DNA of 63,947 bases, the filler included, from Choristocarpus tenellus KU-1152 (lineage: Eukaryota; Protista; Phaeophyceae): NCBI GenBank assembly GCA_964200185.2. It is 11 parts of 11 records of this genome, joined end to end, with 100 filler letters (N's around TTAATTAATTAA, not from the genome) between each part and the next. Parts side by side here need not be neighbours in the genome. Positions count along the whole stretch, not along the records: positions 47,115 to 53,327 come from CAXNAD020008671.1; positions 53,428 to 58,041 come from CAXNAD020013794.1; positions 58,142 to 61,205 come from CAXNAD020022573.1; 8 more parts are not named here. One strand, given 5' to 3'. A program made the position numbers and the translations under genes. Below are positions 48,164 to 59,100 of the stretch, in pieces (positions within the stretch are counted from its first letter, which is position 1; every line of letters starts with the position of its first letter). The notes under the pieces are model-generated. The model was not told the origin of the DNA, made no database searches, and saw only the letters and a list, made by a program, of their open reading frames with translations.

Positions 48164-51100
48164 CAATCATTGTACCACTACACTTCTGCAAGCTGAACAG
48201 GGTCTCCCTTTCTTGAAATACGTCCAGAGCATTTCCACGACTCGTTCTACTAATCCAGTCCAGTCCAGTCAGCCAAACATCATCAATATCAACATCATCA
48301 ACAATCACGCCAACACACTGTAACTGTAACTGCAACGTAACCACAAAAGCCAAACAGTAGCCATTCCAATCCATCCCATTCATACCAAAAAAGTATCTCT
48401 ATCCCCCCCCCCCCCCCCCCCCCCCCCCACACACACTAACACACCACTCATCCACCCCTCTTGTCTAAATNNNNNNNNNNAACCACCAAACCACGACCGA
48501 CCGCCCCCCCCGCCCCCCCGTCTCCGCCAAAAAAGAATGTCCCTCCCCCCCCCCCCCCCCCCCCATAGAGTCATTCATATAAACACATATTATTCTCAGC
48601 GTATTGAAGTGTCATTGCCTCATTCATCACCTCAAAGTCCGGCGCATCAGTCTGGAAGTAACCTTCACTGTAAGAATCATACAGGTCCGACATGCAAACC
48701 CCACCCAGTTTCATAATCCAGATGTAAGAACCCATGGCAGCAGAGGACAAGATTATCCCCGTCTGATCATCACCAGTCAAGGTACAGCATTTTAGTAGGG
48801 GGATGTCGAATCAAAGATTTGGAAACGTGTGTGTGTGTGTGTGCGTTGCGTTGGGGGGGGGGGGGTTATGTTAGTTACACATTGCTTCAGAAAGCAGATT
48901 TGAAAACGCCACTTATATTACAAACAATTGTGCCAGACGGTCAATCGTACATTTTGGAAAATATGTTGGGTGGAAGGCGGAATGGTCTCCCAGAGTCACA
49001 CACGCACACAGGGGTGGAGATGTGAAATTTTGACTCTCTTGGGTATTGGATGTAGAACCCAGTCTATTGTTCCCCCTGTTCACAACATTCGAAGCACCAT
49101 TATACATACATCATATGTTGAACATTATACATTATACCCCCCCCCCCCCCCCCCCCGCAATATCTCACTCTGTCTGCAAGAAACCACGATAAAAACATTT
49201 CTAGCAATGTAATAATTTTCAAAGTATATCATGGTATAACACTAGCTTGGTTTTTCAAATCTCAAATTACAAACGATTATTATTTTTATTATCATCAGTA
49301 CTACCCCCTTTTTATCAAGAGACATTCATCCCCCCCCCCACCTGTCCGTAGCTCCAAGCAAACACGAAGTTGTCAACTAGTCTCTCATCCTGATCGTTGC
49401 CGTCTAACAGCCTCCACTGTGTGATGCTGAACCAGTAGTAACCCAATCTGTGTGCCACACTCTGAAACTCCTTTTTTCGAATATCCACCTCATGCAACTG
49501 CCACGATATCATTACGGTACCATTTATTGTATTTAGGCATGTTGATTTTCTTGTGCAAGGGAGGACAAAGCTTATTCTTTTCATATATATATATATACCT
49601 ACCTTCCTTCACTTGCCGCCAATGTTGTGAAAATTTCCACTATTTTCTTTCTCAACATATATTTTTAAATTGCAAGTACTGTGGTCATCGCCTTTTTACT
49701 ATAGTAAAAACCCTCATGCACCCAGTTGAGGAGAAAAATTTGTACAAGATTTTGCGATCTGAATCACACTGCTACTACTACTACTACTACCACAGGTACT
49801 ACTTCCAGCCAACCATCAACACACTGTCACATGTCATGAGGATTTTACTTGTGTGCTGCACATTGAACCACAGTTACGACCATTGCAATATCCACAATCA
49901 CCTCAATCATCTCATTCTCCTCCACAAAGCATCACACAAACCTTGAAGGGGGACTCCATATGTTCATGCCTCTCATCATCATCATGCCTCTCATCATCAT
50001 CATACCTCTCATCATCATCATACCTCTCATCATCATCATACCTCTCATCATCATCATACCTCTCATCATCATCATGTACGGCACACACAATATAAAAAAG
50101 AAAAATGATAAAATGAGTATCGCTATTTTTAATAATAACTGCACAAGAGTATATACGAAATATATATATATATATATGTATGTATGTATATATTATCAGC
50201 ATTACATACAACTCACATAATTTGCCCACACACGTATATATGCAAGCAACTTGATGGATCCTGATTGAATAACTGACTGGTTAGACTAAGGGTTAGGGTT
50301 AGACTAACGACTGACCTCAAAACCATCGATGCTGGAGAGGTTCTCCATTTCGTCTCTTTCTGCTGCCACTCCTAACGGAGGAGGCTTTGCAAACCGCCTT
50401 GGGTACACACGCATGATGTCCTCCTGTGTGTGAGTGTGTGCAGGGGGAGGGGGGGAGGATAGGGGATCCACGATAAGAGCATATCATTGAATTGTAGGAA
50501 AAGAAGAAGGAATGTATGCATTCATCCAACACAAAGAATAAAAAGCACACACATCAAGAAGAGAACAAAAGCTTGCATACACACAAACAAAACCCAGAAC
50601 ACAAACACACACACACCTCTGGGGCCTCCCATGCAAAGGAAAGTGCAGGCAAAATTTCTGTGCCCAGATCGACGCAGAGGATGAGGAAGCTGTTGATCGG
50701 AATGGGTATGCCCAATGCAATGTAGAGCAGGAAGGGAGCCACCTTGACAAGAAAAAGAAAGGTGACACCAAATAGCCAAAAATCATACAAAATGAAAAAA
50801 AATAGCCAAAAATAAAATAAATCGCACCGAACAAGGGAGAGGACGAGAGGAGAGTCGTGTCAGATGTGTAATCCGAGTATCGCTATTGGTACCAAATATA
50901 ATAATAATAATTTGTTTTTTTAATTTGTACACAGTGGTCCAGTAACGACAGTTTCATTATGAATGCAAAAACAAAAAAAACAAGAAACTCACCTACCCGC
51001 ATCAATCTACGTCTGTTCATTTACTTTCAACATGAAAAATCGACGCAATATTTTCAATTCATTGTGGGAAAAAAGAGCTCTTGCACCAAATCCGTAACCC

Positions 51101-52558
51101 CCGAACCACCGGTGCAGAATTATTATAATTATTCTAAAAGCGTGTTGTATTTCTTTGTTACCCTTTTCAACTTTTTTTTTGAAGATTAGTGCTAAGCAAA
51201 ATCAAACGCAACAACAGATCTCTCAATACAATACAATACAAAACAAAAGATATAAAAAATATAAAAACAAAAAGGCACCTCACCGCCAAACTCATTTTTC
51301 ACCTTGCAAGTGCAAGATGACTTATCAATTGGAAAAGTGAGAACTAGGAGTTTGATCTGGACCAGCATCGCTACCTATTTCATTACCTTATGCCAGTATG
51401 AAACACCTGCCGCAAGCATGCAACCAACTCTACCCCCCATTCTCAAAAATTAACAACCAAGATCTCATCGATTCTTGTGAGGTTTACGTCCATGGCAGCG
51501 ATGTTGGTTTTCACAGTGTGTGTGCGTGTGCGTGTGTGTGTACATAATAATATATATTTTTTATCAACAACACAAAAATAAAAGCAGAAAAAATGAAAAA
51601 TATGAAAAAGGCAAAAAGTCTTGGTTGTATAGACTTCTTTGTTTTCATTCTGAACTTTTTTCTTTTTTGTTTCTAAAACAAAAAAATAAAAAGATGTAAA
51701 TGCAGTGTGCCTATCATTGTCAATAGAAAAAGAAAACTAGGATCGACCCGTGGTCATACAAATAGTTCTACTACTGTTACAAAAAAAAATGGCTTTATAA
51801 TAAAATATAATAATCAGGGTAATTTAGGGTCAGGGTTACAATTACATCACAACAAAAATAAAAGGCGACACATAGAGGAGTCAGTCAGAAGCACACAAAT
51901 ATCAACTTACCCCACCAATTACAACTTCACACGTTGTAATTGGAACTGACAAAAATCAAATCTTCGTTATCATTAGCTAAAAAAAAAATATGACGCATTT
52001 ATTGTACATTAATGTTAGGGTCACACTCCTGACTACTGCTGTTGTGAACTGCAGTATAACAGCACCATAACCCAATTCAGAGTCCATCCGCTCACTCAGA
52101 GCTAACACAACAAATATACAAACACACACATGTTGTAGAGGCCTCTCATTTTTGACACGCATAAAAAAATATATACATATATATATATATAACTTGAACT
52201 GTACCTACTTCACTCTCTAATGGACAAGGTCCTAGAAACACCCAAGGGGGGCAAACACCTCAGGAATGATGTGGCACAGGGTATACATGATGCTCTTCTT
52301 GAGGTTGTTGAAGATCAGCCTTCCCTCCTTGATGCCAGCAACCACGCTAGCAAAGTTGTCATCCATGATGATAATGGAGGCTGCCTGTACATACATAATA
52401 TAGCACCATGCCACACCAGTCAAGACAGGGTATCAAGAACAATCTCTTTTTTTTTTCAGGCACTCTACATTATCCTTTTTATGTTATTTTTTGTCAGTGT
52501 ACCTGCAAAAGAGCTTTTACGTTTCTAATTCAAAAGTCTCTCTGTCAGTGTGGTAGAC

Positions 52559-52599
<41 letters not shown>

Positions 52600-52910
52600 T
52601 TCATTCAGTCTCCTCTACAAGAATACAAACGAGGAATGATGCCAGCAACTACATATATACATAAATATTCATTCCTCCCCCCCCCAAGAAAAAACCTCTG
52701 AACTAACATTCACGCACTATGAGCAAAATACACCACAGACAATGGCATCAAAAATCAAAAATCAAGGGAATAGATTCGCGGCTAGTTCTGACTCACCTCC
52801 TTAGATACATCCGATCCAGAAAGGCCCATCGCAACCCCCATATCTGCTCGTTTCAGAGCTGGTGAGTCATTCACTCCATCCCCTGTCACACCTACAATGT
52901 GACCCCTTGC
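48164..52910 (-). CDS. P2C-type ATPase alpha subunit (Na+/K+- or H+/K+-ATPase family), P-domain hinge to M8
   Basis: Phase-0 exons 52910-52797 ([23 protein letters not shown]), 52384-52259 ([35 protein letters not shown]), 50742-50617 ([22 protein letters not shown]), 50423-50316 ([10 protein letters not shown]...), 49497-49342 (...[16 protein letters not shown]), 48762-48631 ([17 protein letters not shown]). Probable further exon ~48246-48164; its boundary is uncertain because of the N gap at 48471. Confidence 0.93.
49964..50075. repeat. 18-bp minisatellite (CATCATCAT(A/G)CCTCTCAT), about six units
   Basis: Directly visible; reads (DDDER[Y/H])n on the ATPase strand. Confidence 0.95.
52564..52594. 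repeat. (GA)n microsatellite
   Basis: Directly visible. Confidence 0.95.
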
Positions 52911-53327
52911 CTGACTCAACATTAACCACGATGTACAGACAAATATAACATAAACAAAACATAAAACCACAAACAGAAGAGTGTTGGGCCCCGGGGAGAG
53001 GGAACTTGGTTGCGTCAGTAGAGCAAGGAAATGATTTTATTTTATTTTAATGTAATTAGAAGAAAATCACACTCAAAACCTCATTATTATTTTTACTTAC
53101 TACAAAAAACAAAACTAAAATGACTTCAAAACACCCAAATACCACACACAGCAAATAATAAAATCAAAATCAAAATCACACCGGTAAGCAAGCAAAACGT
53201 CAAACGCCTTTACACAAAGGGCACTTGGAACAAAAAAAGAATTTTCGGGGGGGGGGGGGGGATTCGGTTCTTACATCTCCACTCTACGATTCACACAAAA
53301 TTTTTTCTTCTGTCTTTGTTCTTTACT

Positions 53328-53427
53328 NNNNNNNNNNNNNNNNNNNNNNNNNNNNNNNNNNNNNNNNNNNNTTAATTAATTAANNNNNNNNNNNNNNNNN
53401 NNNNNNNNNNNNNNNNNNNNNNNNNNN
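53328..53427. other. Artificial contig spacer
   Basis: N44-TTAATTAATTAA-N44. Confidence 0.98.
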
Positions 53428-53579
53428 GGGTCTACACAAGGGTGTCAATTTGGGTCAAAATCAGGAAAAGTTCATTTACAGTAACCATCCGACGTATGTA
53501 ACCAAATCACCCAAAAATCGCGACATGAAAAATTGACCCCAAATGGACAGCCGCCAACCGCTCACAGATACTTTGAGCC
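53428..53579 (+). mobile_element. MITE family A, truncated at contig start
   Basis: Matches 3177-3325 and ends CAGATACTTTGAGCC. Confidence 0.88.
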
Positions 53580-54522
53580 CTCTCTTTCCCGGACAGAATG
53601 AGAAATTATACCTCTTTTCGTCAAATGGGAAGGCTATGTACGCATTGCGACGTACCACGTTGTGGTTGGATTATGACAATCCTACTACAGACAGTAAGCA
53701 CGAATCAATGTGCGTTACGTTTTTCATTAAGTTTGCCTCCCGTCAACACTCATAATGTTACCTAACCCTAACCTCAATGACTGTCATACGACCCATCTTC
53801 CCAATCCAAATGGTGTTCATGTATGCTGTAGGTGGGGGTATTTGGCCCGGACACACAACTTGGCAAGCTTCCCCGTGCAACAAGCACCCCTCTTTTTCTA
53901 GACTCTGTTTGAGTATAGCCCGCTTCATATTAAATATTGATAAACAAGGGGTTGTTGATGTTAGAAAAAGTGACTAGTTTAGATGAGGTAAGGGCACGAG
54001 AACACCTGCAAATATAGGATGTACTTTCCATCCCCACAACCATACACCAGAACATTAAAGTGCTTATCATTGAACTATCGCACCCTGACTCTATTTACAC
54101 ACTACTAGCATTCTGCAATATAGTTGAAGGAGTCTATTCAAACGCTCTTCCTAGCCCAAACATCTCTGAAGCAGTCGCTTGTCTTCATTTCCTTCATGAT
54201 CCATCAGAGTCAATACCACCGAGATCAAACACAATTAAATGCAAGAGAAAATATCGGACCCCACTGAATTAAATTCCAAACAAATATGAACAAATTTGAA
54301 GTCCAACAAGATTGGACTACTACACATAGGTGGTCTTGTAAGCTCAGCAAAAATTCATCATTCGACCCTAAATTTTCCAAGTTAGATGAGGCATGTGCCA
54401 TCATTTTGCCCCTGGCCATATAAATTTCCACTACAAATAGGTACCAGAAAGATCCTTACCTTTTGAAGCAAAGTCTTTGCAAAGTCCTAAACGATCCTCC
54501 GGATTCAAAATGCCCAATTTTG

Positions 54523-54785
54523 GAGCCAAACTATCTTAGAGGGATGGGCTGATATAGTTTGGGGGTCGAGGTGGATCTTTTTCTGATTTTTCAGGTTTAC
54601 GTCCCTACATCATCCAATCCAATGACAAAATAACCACCAAGAAGGTCTTTCTCCTGCATTCACCAACTCCTGATGGGGGGTACTCGAATATTGGCCATGA
54701 TATTTTGAGGTGTCAGACATCACATGTTCAACACCTTTTGCAGAAAAATAGCTCAAATCCACCCCCCTCTAGGATACTTTGACTC
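54523..54785. mobile_element. MITE family D (family B-like TIR, different interior)
   Basis: GAGCCAAACTATCTTAGAGGG ... CCCTCTAGGATACTTTGACTC. Flanks TTG/TTC. Confidence 0.8.
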
Positions 54786-54802
54786 TTCTCTTTGTGCCAT
54801 AC

Positions 54803-55844
54803 AAATTAAATCTGATCTTAAGGCTGTCTCTCGTCGTTCAAAAAATTGGTGGGCGAAAGTCGCAAGGAGGGGCATACGATGCGATATGGGTATGATGGCT
54901 GCCATATCCAACTCGTCGTTTAATCTGTCGTGGCTAGGTCTATACTGTATATCCACAAAAACCTAAAAATATAGGTGACAAGTCGGATATATAGGAACCA
55001 TTACTTCCAGGTACAGGTACTTGCTCTGTGACGTAAACAAAACAGAACACAAATTGACTACATACTCAACCCGAGATTAATCACACCGCTTCGATATATT
55101 TCCTATTTTTGCCGCACATCAATATACTTCAAGCTGTAAGAAATGGCCTAATGCACTAGCACTGCAACCTGCAATAACACAGGTTAGAAGTATAACAAAT
55201 GAGAGGCTCTCAGTTTGAACACACAACAAACTGCCAACCTAGTGGCCCCATACTGTATGAATTGAACCAATACACGAAAAAAAGGTGTTGCACAAGTAAG
55301 CGATCAGTCCGCAGTCAGGTATGAAAGTCGGTAATACCACCTTGGAAGGTCTACAAAATTCTGCCATGCAGCTGTGCCCTCTATAAACCATGACAGACAC
55401 GGAAATCCATATGTCAAACCATTCCGAATACCTGAAATAGATTCAAAGCAGTTATATTGTCATTCATTTGTTCTATAAAATCTTAAGAACTATATGCTGC
55501 AGAAACATACTGCCGTCTAACTCTCATGCTACAAAATCAGCAGCTTGGCAAGCAGTTAAGGTCCTCACAAAAAATATCCTTCTAACACAACACTTCAAGG
55601 CGAAGGCACTTGTTCATCCAGTTACACCCTCTCAGAACTTACCCACATTCACCGCACAAACTAGTACAACCTGTAACAACCACACGTAGGGGGTAAGTAA
55701 ATCATTCTTCGATTCCACAAACATTCACTTCCACAAGTGTTCAGAGTACTTGCGCACAATACTCTCCCCTGCTCTAGACATCCCGCGGGATGAGTATCCT
55801 TCCAGAGCAAACCAACACCACATACACTCATACAAGATGCTACC
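54803..55844 (-). CDS. Hypothetical protein; putative exons 55844-55729, 55380-55341, 54962-54803
   Basis: Three consecutive AG/GT-bounded segments join with matching phases (2, 0): GSILYECMWCWFALEGYSSRGMSRAGESIVRKYSEHLWK|GHSCMAEFCRPSK|VFVDIQYRPSHDRLNDELDMAAIIPISHRMPLLATFAHQFFERRE. No family recognised. Confidence 0.45.
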
Positions 55845-57721
55845 CTGTTGCAGTATAGTGGGATGGGACGTAATTTTTTCCAGATGAAAGCAATAGTGGA
55901 TAAATCAAGGCCAACTTTTACTCGAGGAGTGACTTGCCCTCGTAGGCATACTGGGTGAAACGCTAGTAAGAAAGTCTTCACCGCCTCCAGTAGCTTGATT
56001 ATCTCTGGTAATTATGAACCACTTGCGATGGGCTTACCCTTCAATTGCTCCTGCTGTACTTGGGCAACAAGCTAATAATTTTGCAATTCCTTGCCTCAAC
56101 CAATCAACCATCAACAGCTTGTGTGAGTAAGCTTCAAAGCTAAATTAGTCTTTAGTCAAACATTCGACTGTAACCAGTCAACAAAAAGAACAATGGCACA
56201 TAAGTTATTTCTAGGCAATGCAAAATCCATGTGTCTAGGCAACTATCAATATCACCCTTTTCAAAACACGTTGACATCCAGAGTACCTAAGCACAATCAG
56301 GCAAAGAAAGAGAGGTGAGGAATTATGTTAGTGCGAGGGAAATTTCTGCATTGCACATACACCACCCGATCAAAACCGAGATTCAGTGAGGCTCTCCTGA
56401 GTTAGTGAAATACTATCAAACATTGATGCCAAAAGTAAAAACGTTCCTACCAAGGTCAACCTACAATGAGTACTTGACAAAAAAAATCATATTCCTTCAG
56501 CATGTCCATGAGAATTTAAAGTAAGGGCTCCTTCATTTCCAGCATATTGTTGCATCCCTCTCTCCCTATTATATCTGTCAGGCCGATCTCTACCATTGTA
56601 GATACTTGGTGAACATCACAGAGGGTAATATCGCAATTTGCCTTCGTCCTAAGCTCAAAATGTGAACCATGAATTTCATTTGACAGGATATCACAATGGA
56701 GGCAGTGGCGCCGACCAACCGCCACACACACGCCATAATATGAAATGCCTAAGTAAGGTGCTTGGGGCGGTGAAAACCGTTTGAAACTATTTTCCCCTGT
56801 ATTTAGTCCGAACGTCCTGACAATACACCAACTGGAAGGAGTCAATTGCAACAGAAATACTACCCATGCCACCTGTTGGTCCAACAGGAATAGCATTGGT
56901 GACAACTGTTAGGCTCCCACCAGGTGTGTCATCTTCCTCCGCTACGCCACTATTGACAGCGCCTTCTTCTCCACGCTCAATGCCATGAAAAAGGGATCAA
57001 GGATACCACCCAAAAAAATGGTACATCAAGAGAAGTCCCAAGCACTTCCTACCTTCATCCTCTCCCAAGTCACGCCTTGCAGCCTTGTCTCGTTGTTGAC
57101 ACTCTGTTACTTCCAACACACTTCCTTGTCACTCCATCTGCAGTACTCACCTTGCATCCCTCATGTGTCTCCGGTTCCTGTCATGTGCCCGACCCTGTTC
57201 TTGTAAAATACGTGTATGTGCGATTTGTAAGGCCTTCTGCGCCTTGGCAAGGATGGTATCGTTGGTGTATTGGGGCAAATGAAATACCCTCTCGAGCCAT
57301 ACATAGACAAGTGAGTCGATGATCACCTCACACCCTCATTCACCTTGTGGCAGGAGATCCTCATGACAAGTATATGGAACACATGCCACCTGGTACGATT
57401 GCTAGTTCCAAAAATCCGAATCGGCAGGCTTCTTCTAAATGGTGTAAGGATAGAGCACCTAATGTAACCATAACAATAACAATAACAGCAATGATCATGC
57501 TCAAGACCGATTATTTCATTATTTTAGTTACTGCCCAACTGACCATCCCAACTGACCATCTCGAGTAGAGTTTTGTGATTTAGATAAGAAAATCCAGGTT
57601 GATAGGGTCGACTCATGGGATTCTTCACTTAGTTCTCACGCGCGTTCATGGACCCTGTTTAGGAATGCTGTTTTTTGTTTTTTTTATCCGTAGTTTTACA
57701 TACAAGACTTCTTGATGTGGT

Positions 57722-57860
57722 TGTGTATTTTATTATTATGCCCTCTGATATTTTCCAGATGCGTCAGGGGGCAAACAAATGAAAACTACACGTATGTTGT
57801 GTATCATCCATCTCAGGTCCTTCCTTGCTCATCTCCCTGGTGGTGTCTCCAGCTTAGGAT
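57722..57860 (-). mobile_element. CRE-like element 3' terminus plus 3' UTR fragment
   Basis: TGTATTTTATTATTATGCCCTCTGATATTTTCCAGATGCGTCAGGGGG, then CCTTGCTCATCTCCCTGGTG..CTCCAGCTTA matching 14119-14149. Confidence 0.8.
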
Positions 57861-57882
57861 TTTAATTTCTCTAGGGCTTATA

Positions 57883-57963
57883 CTGACATACGTATAGTTT
57901 TCATTTGTTTTCCCCCTGACACATCTGCAAAATGTCAAAGGGCATATAAAAATAAATAAATAA
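57883..57963 (+). mobile_element. CRE-like element 3' terminus (opposite orientation)
   Basis: CCCCCTGACACATCTGCAAAATGTCAAAGGGCATATAAAAATAAATAAATAA. Confidence 0.8.
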
Positions 57964-57967
57964 TATA

Positions 57968-58041
57968 GTTATAATCTCAACACCTTTGCGGTGGAAAGTT
58001 TTGGGCGCCTAGGCAAGCAAGCGGAATGCTTCCTGGATGAG
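57968..58041 (+). mobile_element. CRE-like retrotransposon RLE fragment, truncated by contig end
   Basis: YNLNTFAVESFGRLGKQAECFLDE, matching 21105-21150 and 21650-21685. Confidence 0.8.
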
Positions 58042-58141
58042 NNNNNNNNNNNNNNNNNNNNNNNNNNNNNNNNNNNNNNNNNNNNTTAATTAATTAANNN
58101 NNNNNNNNNNNNNNNNNNNNNNNNNNNNNNNNNNNNNNNNN
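58042..58141. other. Artificial contig spacer
   Basis: N44-TTAATTAATTAA-N44. Confidence 0.98.
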
Positions 58142-58364
58142 CAGCAAGATATGCCCACTTCAAAGTCAAAACTGTCTGTGCCCCCCCCCCCCGATGCAAG
58201 CCCGTCTCCAGGGACCTGCTTTATAATCAGCTTCGTTACATACATTATTATGTAAGGTGCAGTGACAATATTGAAGAAATAAATGGAAGTATTTTTTGTA
58301 TGTTGTCAACTTCACCTTCATAAGAGACATATCTGGGTAGGAGGAAGAGGTACAGATTTTCTGT

Positions 58365-58388
58365 GGGTTAGGGTTAGGGTTAGGGTTA
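58365..58388 (+). repeat. Interstitial telomeric tract (GGGTTA)x4
   Basis: Four perfect units. Confidence 0.9.
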
Positions 58389-58696
58389 TCATGCGATATG
58401 TTGGTGAAATTTTCTCAAATCGAACATCGAGGGCCGTTCTATATAATGTATTATATCATGTATCATTATTATTATTATTATTATTATGTGTTCGAAAAGA
58501 GTTGTATAAACTTTTATCTCATCATTACTATTACTATTTTTATTTTAAACTTTTATCTCAAAAGGTTTCCTTGTTTGGTGTTCAGGGGGGGTGGGGTGTG
58601 TGTGTGTGTTCAGCACAGATTGTCTATTCGTTTGGGGAGTGTTCAGCACAGATGGGGTATGGTCAGATATGCTCCAGTTCGGTTCCTCTTTTGCAG

Positions 58697-59061
58697 GTGC
58701 TTTTCCTTGAGATTTTGGTCAAGGCTAGGGGGTGGAAAAGGAAGGTAGGTGCGCTCAGATGACATGAAGATGGCTAGAAGTTCACACTGGCTCTGAATTG
58801 ACGCTTGTCCCCCCCCTCTCTTGCATATACTTTGGGTTAATAAAATGAAAAAAAGGTTTCACTCTGAAAGACCACCCCTTTCGTCCTTGCCTCTCGCCTC
58901 ACAGGTACGGTAGAACCAATAGCTAGAAATATTTAACTATTCGCGCTTCTTTTTTACTATTTAACTATTTAACCAATGGCGGCACTTTTGTCTGTAACCA
59001 CACCAATCTCTGTGATCTTTGTTAGTAGCAATGATGTTTATATTGCTGTAGACAAGACTGT

Positions 59062-59100
<39 letters not shown>

